This document shows, piece by piece, positions 58,410-64,000 of a DNA stretch of 64,000 nucleotides (position 1 is the stretch's first letter; every line of letters begins with the position of its first letter). The translations under genes were made by a program, and so were the position numbers. The notes under the pieces are model-generated. The model searched no databases, was not told the origin of the DNA, and was given only the letters and a program-made list of their open reading frames with translations. The DNA lies in IMG/VR virus record IMGVR_UViG_3300035182_002586, positions 372,001 to 436,000 of that record. One strand, given 5' to 3'.

Positions 58410-60329
58410 ATGAGCGACAAGATCGTCCGTGCCACCATCGACCCCGGCAGAGGGGAGGTCGTCGAGAACGATGACGGCCCGAAGGTTGGCCAGTGGTTCC
58501 ACGTCAACGGCACGGACTGGCGGGGCAAGAAGACTCGCTGGCTGGCCTGCTGCATTCACATCGGCACGAACTACGCCCTGCTGGAGAGCGTGGGACGCGG
58601 GGAAACCCGCGTCCACTTGGACGAGTTCTGGAAGACCTGCGAGCCCGTCGAGAACCCGGACGAGATCATCGACGGGGCCGTCTTGAAGCACCGGAAGGAA
58701 ATCGCGCGGCTCATGGGCCGCGTCCGGGAGATCACCGCGCGGTTGGGGGTGGGGGACACCCCCGCCCTGACCGGAGGGTCCGAAGAGACCAGCGCCCTCG
58801 CGCTCCGGACCGACGAGCCCGTCAAGGAGTACAAGACGGCCCTCGTCAAGGCGAAGGACGAAGACCTCCCGAAGCTCTTCGAGAAGATCAAGGACGAGAG
58901 CAAGTCGCTGTCGCACTGGATGTCGGCGAAGCTCATCCCGCTCGAAGCCGAGGCCAAGTCCCTGGAGGGGAGCCTCAACGCCATCAAGCGCCGCATCTTC
59001 TCCGTCGAGCTGTACGCGGGCCTGACCGAGGATGTCGTCGAAGTCCTCGACGGGGAGCCGGCCCCGACCGACACGAAGATCCACCTGATGCAGCGTCGCT
59101 GCTACATGGACGAGGAGTGCCTCGTTCAGTACGAGATCGGGGGGATGAGCTTCGACAGCATCGAGGAGTTCGATGCTTGGCTGGCACGCCCGGCCAACTT
59201 CCAGCGGATCTTGCCCTTCCCGCGAACGGTCGTGGCGTTCCGCGTCCGCCGCACGATGAAGGACCGTGAGGTTCTCACGCTCAGGGACTTCTTCGAGTTC
59301 GCTTTCGAGTCTTCGGCGAACAAGAAGACGTTCATCTACATCCGCAACGGCGGGCGCCTGTACCGCCTGTCGACGGGCATCGAGTTCGACGAGCAGCTCT
59401 TCCCGGACCTCGACGCGCAGATCCTCGCGACCGGTAAGGTCTACGCGAAGATGTTCGCGAACCGCGTGGACCGTCTCGCGTCCGAGGGAGAGTACCTCGA
59501 ACTCCTCAAGCATGAGGCCGAGCAGAAGCGCCTGTACGAAGCAGCGGACGAGAAGGATAAGTGGCGGTACAGCCACAGCTTTCACGACTCGGATCGCTAC
59601 GTCGCGTACACGCCGGAGTCCGTCTACTACGACGACATCTCCAAGTACATCGCCGAAGAGATGGCGCGCCACAACCGCCTCGTCCTCGTGCTCCAGGGGC
59701 TCCTTGACCGGTCCCCGGTGATGCACCCCCACCCGCCGTGGCAGCTCTGGACGCACGAGGGCTTCACGTCCGCCCTCCAGCTCGTCTACGACAACGCCCG
59801 AGCCCTCGTGGCCGGGGACAAGCCCGACTTCGAGGCGTACCGCGCCCGGCTGAACGCCTCGTTGAAGGTGGGGTCGATCACGGTTGGCCAGGAAGTCATG
59901 TGGGAGATGGCCGAGGCCGAGAAGGAAACGGAGCGTCGGCGCCAGAGTTCTCGCGGACGCTCCTCCGACTACGAGTTGAAGCGCTACCGGCCCTACGGCA
60001 ACCCGGGCCCCGGAACGCTCGCGAAGGTCACGAAGATCGCCCCCCGTGCGAAGACCTGCACGTACGAGTGGGATCGCCAGCGCCGCACCTACGACCGGTG
60101 GGATCGCAACCCGGCGCCCGTGCACGTGACCCATACGGCACCCTTCGACGCGATCCTGAACGTCGACGCGTACAAGCCGGGAGACTTCAAGCAGTTCTAC
60201 GACGATCCCCGGACGCGTGCGGAGTACCTGGAGTGGGCGCCCCTTCTGCTCGTGGCCGAGGAGTACCACGCGGGCTGCCGCGATGTTGGACTGCCGCAGG
60301 GCAAGAGGAAGAAGGACGAGGATGAGTGA
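58410..60329 (+). CDS. Large hypothetical phage protein
   Basis: 639 aa, high GC3, preceded by the plus-strand cassette. Confidence 0.8.
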   Translation: MSDKIVRATIDPGRGEVVENDDGPKVGQWFHVNGTDWRGKKTRWLACCIHIGTNYALLESVGRGETRVHLDEFWKTCEPVENPDEIIDGAVLKHRKEIARLMGRVREITARLGVGDTPALTGGSEETSALALRTDEPVKEYKTALVKAKDEDLPKLFEKIKDESKSLSHWMSAKLIPLEAEAKSLEGSLNAIKRRIFSVELYAGLTEDVVEVLDGEPAPTDTKIHLMQRRCYMDEECLVQYEIGGMSFDSIEEFDAWLARPANFQRILPFPRTVVAFRVRRTMKDREVLTLRDFFEFAFESSANKKTFIYIRNGGRLYRLSTGIEFDEQLFPDLDAQILATGKVYAKMFANRVDRLASEGEYLELLKHEAEQKRLYEAADEKDKWRYSHSFHDSDRYVAYTPESVYYDDISKYIAEEMARHNRLVLVLQGLLDRSPVMHPHPPWQLWTHEGFTSALQLVYDNARALVAGDKPDFEAYRARLNASLKVGSITVGQEVMWEMAEAEKETERRRQSSRGRSSDYELKRYRPYGNPGPGTLAKVTKIAPRAKTCTYEWDRQRRTYDRWDRNPAPVHVTHTAPFDAILNVDAYKPGDFKQFYDDPRTRAEYLEWAPLLLVAEEYHAGCRDVGLPQGKRKKDEDE

Positions 60330-60679
60330 TCCGCACGGGTTGTATCCTTACCCCTCGGGGCCCGAACGATGGGCTCCGGGTCTCGGTAATGAGCCGGCAC
60401 ACGCTCCAGGACGGTGTGACACCCGACCCACGCATCGTGGCGTTCGACGCGTGGTGGCAGGACCTCGCCCCGCCCCCGAAGCTTGTCGGCGCATATTACA
60501 AGCGCGGGCTCCCGTGGGCGGAGTTCGAGGCAGCCTACAAGGACCACCTGCGAGGGCTGGCGTTCGTGGAGAAGCTCCTGGAAGCCTCCCAGCGCCCCGT
60601 GGTCCCCCACCTGGAAGTACCCCCCAGCAGCGGCCGACACCGAACGGCCCGCCGTTGCATACCGAAGCGCCACACGTAG
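60326..60679 (+). CDS. DUF488-family protein, apparently C-terminally truncated
   Basis: DGLRVSVMSR...FDAWWQDLAPP..L...YK....WAEF...Y; the usual C-terminal LLC...CHR is absent. Confidence 0.6.
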   Translation: MIRTGCILTPRGPNDGLRVSVMSRHTLQDGVTPDPRIVAFDAWWQDLAPPPKLVGAYYKRGLPWAEFEAAYKDHLRGLAFVEKLLEASQRPVVPHLEVPPSSGRHRTARRCIPKRHT

Positions 60680-60790
60680 GACCTGTTCAGGGTCGTTCTT
60701 CACGTAGACCCCTACCGATAAGCAGACTTGCAAAGCCCCGGAGCCCGACGCACACTGGAAGTACAACCCCTGTCTCTTCGGGGTCAGGGT

Positions 60791-60830
60791 AAGGGTCGCG
60801 GCCGATACACGGTCGGGGCCCTTGGTTTTT
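60791..60830 (+). terminator. Possible intrinsic terminator
   Basis: AAGGGTC-CGGCCG/CGGTCG-GGCCCTT imperfect stem followed by GGTTTTT. Confidence 0.4.
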
Positions 60831-61192
60831 CAGCACAACGCGTTGATCGCGTCGATGTGAGCTAGGATCTCCGTCAGGTGCACGGGCAAAGAGACTCGGC
60901 GGCGTCCGTAGAGGAACGCCGCCAAGCTCGCGTCGTTCGGAGCGTTGTCGAGGAACACGTAGCGCGCGGCCAGCGCCGGGTGTGCAAGGGGAACGGCTTG
61001 CATGAGAAGCTGCTCCGCGGTCATGTCCGGAAGGTGCACGCCACAGATGGCTGCGTTGAACCCTCCTGCCAGTAGGGTCGGGATCGCTGCCGCGCCGGTG
61101 TCGAAGCTGTCGACCTCGTACCCCTCACCAGAGAAAACCTCTGCGAGGATCTTGAGTACAACTGTGTCGGGGTAGATCAGCGCGACTCGCAC
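60830..61192 (-). CDS. Pseudo-receiver (CheY-like) domain protein
   Basis: Receiver-like pattern (VALI..D......LAEVFS.EGYEV...TGAAAI......AAIC.VHLPDMT) without the acidic pocket or phosphoacceptor Asp. Confidence 0.6.
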   Translation of the reverse strand: MRVALIYPDTVVLKILAEVFSGEGYEVDSFDTGAAAIPTLLAGGFNAAICGVHLPDMTAEQLLMQAVPLAHPALAARYVFLDNAPNDASLAAFLYGRRRVSLPVHLTEILAHIDAINALC

Positions 61193-61243
61193 CCTCGCCT
61201 CCTGATGCTCTCGCGCCGTTCGCGTCGGTGTACTTCCTTGATC

Positions 61244-61846
61244 ATGACAACGAAGGAATCGCGGGACGACAGCTCCGCCGTACCGGGGTCCATCGAAGCT
61301 CGACTCTTGGATGCCGAAGCACGAGCCAAGGCCATCACCGAAGAGATCCGCGCACTTTACCGTGAGTCGCGAGCTGCGGCGGAGGCCGACAAGGCCAACG
61401 CAGACGACTACACAGCGGAGGTGCTGGAGAGGGGCTACCAGGTCGGCGCTCCTCAACCTCTCCCTACGCCGTGGGAGGTCCACCGCATTGAGGCGCCCGC
61501 TGGCCGACCCATCGAGGTCAACGAGCGTCGAGGCGGGAAGTTCGTCCGCGTTCGTCCGTGTGGACCCGAGTTCGCCGGCAAGACGTACCTTGGGGTCTAC
61601 CTTGGGGACATGGCCCTGTCCGTGGGGATCAACTTCCACACGGAGACCCGCACCGCCCACATCCGGTGGGGGTCGCACAACCCCGCCATCTTCGTGCCCG
61701 ACCTCGGGCGCATCGTGCTAGGCGCCGAGTCGTGGTGGGGGCTGATCAAGTCGCCGGAGGACTTGCAGACGATCTCGGACCTCGACATCCAGTCGGTCTG
61801 GTACGTCCGCGCACTTCAAGCACTCTCTCCGGACAAGAAAGAGTGA
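61244..61846 (+). CDS. Conserved hypothetical phage protein
   Basis: VRVRPC...KTYLGVYLGD...NPAIFVPDL...GAESWWG. Confidence 0.7.
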   Translation: MTTKESRDDSSAVPGSIEARLLDAEARAKAITEEIRALYRESRAAAEADKANADDYTAEVLERGYQVGAPQPLPTPWEVHRIEAPAGRPIEVNERRGGKFVRVRPCGPEFAGKTYLGVYLGDMALSVGINFHTETRTAHIRWGSHNPAIFVPDLGRIVLGAESWWGLIKSPEDLQTISDLDIQSVWYVRALQALSPDKKE

Positions 61847-62019
61847 CGCGCAGGGTCATCATCGACAGCCGCATGCTCTGGACGGCCGGACGCCCAGCCC
61901 TGCTGAGGCTAGCGCGCTGGCTCAACGTTCCCTTCGACCCGTGCGAGTGCATGTGCTGCCACGCGTTGCTCGTAGAGAGCGTCCGAAAGCGGATGGACGA
62001 GAATGCAGCCAGTCTGTAG
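61843..62019 (+). CDS. Small hypothetical protein
   Basis: GTGA-coupled, 58 aa. Confidence 0.45.
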   Translation: MTRRVIIDSRMLWTAGRPALLRLARWLNVPFDPCECMCCHALLVESVRKRMDENAASL

Positions 62020-62495
62020 CGAGCAGGAAGAGGACGACTCGTTGGATGGGGTGTCCCTCTTCGAGGGGGAAACGCTCCGTATTTTGTGGCCCGACGGAAC
62101 CCTAGAAGAACGGGACACCCACATCCGAGAAACCCCCACCAAGGGAAGGGGGGACCAGGTACAGGGCCTTCGTGGAGGAGGTTTTACGTGGCGTCACCGT
62201 CGAGGTCCCCTTGCATGGGGTCAAGGCGGAACGGGTTCACCCCCCGAAGTTCCGGGTTGGGGATGTGGTGCACACCATCAACAGCTCGGACCGCCTCGCT
62301 GGAAACACCCTCTGCATCACACAGATGGAGTGGGACGACCCGTGGAGGGTCGTTACCCGGCCCCTCTTCACCACGACGGGTTACTTCGTGTCGCACTTCA
62401 CGGAGGAGGAACTCCGCGAAGGGCCCGACCCTAGAGAGCCCACCCCCTTCGCGGTCATCGCGGAAGACGGGAAAGTTGCCTACCGGCAGCTCTAG
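62003..62495 (+). pseudogene. Gene with an apparent frameshift near 62165
   Basis: Frame 1 (LDGVSL..GETLRILWPDG...DQVQ) would join frame 2 (AFVEEVLRGVTVEVPL...) on removing one base; span is 493 nt. Confidence 0.45.
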
Positions 62496-62541
62496 CGTGT
62501 GACACCTACTTATGCGGGGGATTCAGATGGAGGCTCCACCC

Positions 62542-63087
62542 ATGTACAGGTACGACCACCGCACCGTCACCGCAGACCGCTCGACGCAGGAAGGGCTAAT
62601 GCGCCTGCACGACACGGTGCCGTACACGTATTTCCTGATGTCGAAGGACTTCACGGGGGTCCTGGACAAGCTCTCGCACCAGGCGCACTCGATCGCGGAC
62701 CGCGCGGACGCCATCGCCGACGGGCGCAAGGGCGACACGGCGGACCTCTGCAACAAGATGCTGGACGTCCTCTCCAAGTCGATCGATCCCTTCCGCAAGT
62801 GGGGCCCGGCGCACGAACACGAGTGCGCAGCGATCCACGGGATCGACCGCATGAAGGACGTGTACCGCGAGATGATGAACCTCGGGCACGTCTACAAGAA
62901 GCTCGACCTGGTTCATCGCCAGGTCTACATGGCGGCCAAGGAGCCGCCCGCCAAGGCCGCAGAGGTGCTCGGCCAGGCGGCGATCGAGGTCTCCACCGCG
63001 CACTCGATCCTCAAGCAGCTCCACCACGCCTGGAAGGCGTACCTGGCGATGCCCTTCGTCGACCCGGGCGGTTCCACGAACTTCTGA
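62542..63087 (+). CDS. Hypothetical helical protein with YDxRT N-terminal motif
   Basis: GGAGG RBS; start MYRYDHRTVTA. Confidence 0.65.
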   Translation: MYRYDHRTVTADRSTQEGLMRLHDTVPYTYFLMSKDFTGVLDKLSHQAHSIADRADAIADGRKGDTADLCNKMLDVLSKSIDPFRKWGPAHEHECAAIHGIDRMKDVYREMMNLGHVYKKLDLVHRQVYMAAKEPPAKAAEVLGQAAIEVSTAHSILKQLHHAWKAYLAMPFVDPGGSTNF

Positions 63088-63093
63088 GCAGAG

Positions 63094-63327
63094 CTAGACC
63101 GGATCCTCGTCAGCAATCCGCTCCCACAGCGTCTTGATCATCCCATCGGAGAGGTCGACGCGTGGGAGCAAGGGCTTCTCTCCGCCTTCGAGCTGCACGT
63201 AGTGGGCATCGAAGAGCCCGCCGACACGGCTCGTCACAACACCCGTCTGCCCTGCATGCTGGCCACCCGTGATGCGCACTCGCGTACCCACAGGAAAGCC
63301 CTCTGGTATCTCTCTGCCCGGCATCAT
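63094..63327 (-). CDS. KOW-motif small protein
   Basis: FPVGTRVRITGGQHAGQTGVV. Confidence 0.6.
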   Translation of the reverse strand: MMPGREIPEGFPVGTRVRITGGQHAGQTGVVTSRVGGLFDAHYVQLEGGEKPLLPRVDLSDGMIKTLWERIADEDPV

Positions 63328-63382
63328 CGTCACTGCCTCCGGTGTACCCATACCACACACCAAGTAGATCCTCGGAGGCCAC

Positions 63383-64000
63383 GTGATCACGTCGTGTCTC
63401 GCTACTGCCGGGTATGCCGCCAAGTTGCCCGCGCTCAAGGACCGCACGTTCACGTTCGGTCCCGGCCTCATCATTCTCTTCGGGCAGAACGGCTCGGGGA
63501 AGTCGACGTTACTGTCCATTCTCGCGAGCTACTCGGGGTGCTGGGAAGCTGGATGGACAGCGTTCTCTTCCAACTATGTGGGCTTCAACGACGCCCCGTT
63601 CCCGCACAGGCTCGCTACCCGTGGGAACCAAGCAGAGGTCGCGTGGGACGGCACCCCGAGCTTCTACAGCACGGGGCCCGAGTCCGGGCAGTCGGGGTTC
63701 AACAACGCCCTCGAAGACGGTGGTGAGGACGCGGACAACTACCTCCGGAGCCTCCTGGCTCCTGGTTCGGCAGGCCAAGGCCAGATCCAGTGGCTCAATC
63801 AGATGGAGAAGAAGCTCTCCGCGCCTCCGGATCTTCTCCGGGAAGACGGGACTCTACGCATACGTGGTCACGGTGAGGTCGAGAGGTCGAGCGTCAATAG
63901 CCTGTGGGGGGAGGCCATCGACGGCTTCCAGTCACACATCCGGTCGCTGCCCCACACGGGACCCGTGACGGTCCTTCTCGACGAACCCGACGCACACATG
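63383..64000 (+). CDS. ABC-type P-loop ATPase (partial, runs off the window)
   Basis: Not in the ORF track; GGAGG RBS + GTG; Walker A GQNGSGKST, signature-like GSAGQ, Walker B VLLDEPDAH. Confidence 0.85.
   Translation, partial: MITSCLATAGYAAKLPALKDRTFTFGPGLIILFGQNGSGKSTLLSILASYSGCWEAGWTAFSSNYVGFNDAPFPHRLATRGNQAEVAWDGTPSFYSTGPESGQSGFNNALEDGGEDADNYLRSLLAPGSAGQGQIQWLNQMEKKLSAPPDLLREDGTLRIRGHGEVERSSVNSLWGEAIDGFQSHIRSLPHTGPVTVLLDEPDAHM

Noticed and set aside
50070-58410. GATGGATC repeats as a CRISPR array or integron attC sites
   Set aside because: Only short boxes are conserved, the spacing is gene-sized and irregular, there is no attC-like palindrome, and no cas or integrase gene is in the window

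Overview
This high-GC window reads as a segment of a very large (jumbo-type) tailed phage genome. I found no rRNA, tRNA or CRISPR array. From 1 to ~25 kb is a minus-strand virion/morphogenesis block (tail-fibre-like, Ig-like and putative head-internal proteins, plus a patatin), invaded by free-standing PD-(D/E)XK, Endonuclease VII and GIY-YIG endonuclease genes. From ~25.5 to 37 kb lie a class II ribonucleotide reductase with a LAGLIDADG intein, holA/holB clamp-loader subunits, a papain-like protease, GroEL and a degenerate DNA methyltransferase. From ~37 to 64 kb is an accessory region: MazG, Acb2/Tad1-like, HD, Nudix, nucleoside hydrolase, a methyltransferase-helicase fusion, receiver domains and many small ORFs. 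Main highlights: (1) a fractured structural gene at the left edge carrying an atypically split intein (35-aa IntN, long IntC missed by the ORF track) with an endonuclease gene between the halves; (2) eleven copies of a GATGGATC-N14/15-(TT)GTAG promoter-like cassette and a second YGGTGTA motif, both at fixed short distances from start codons; (3) a perfect 20-bp inverted repeat enclosing a structured element upstream of an HNH gene; (4) recurrent short N-terminal and C-terminal peptide tags on unrelated proteins. All family assignments come from motif recognition by eye; no database searches were run.
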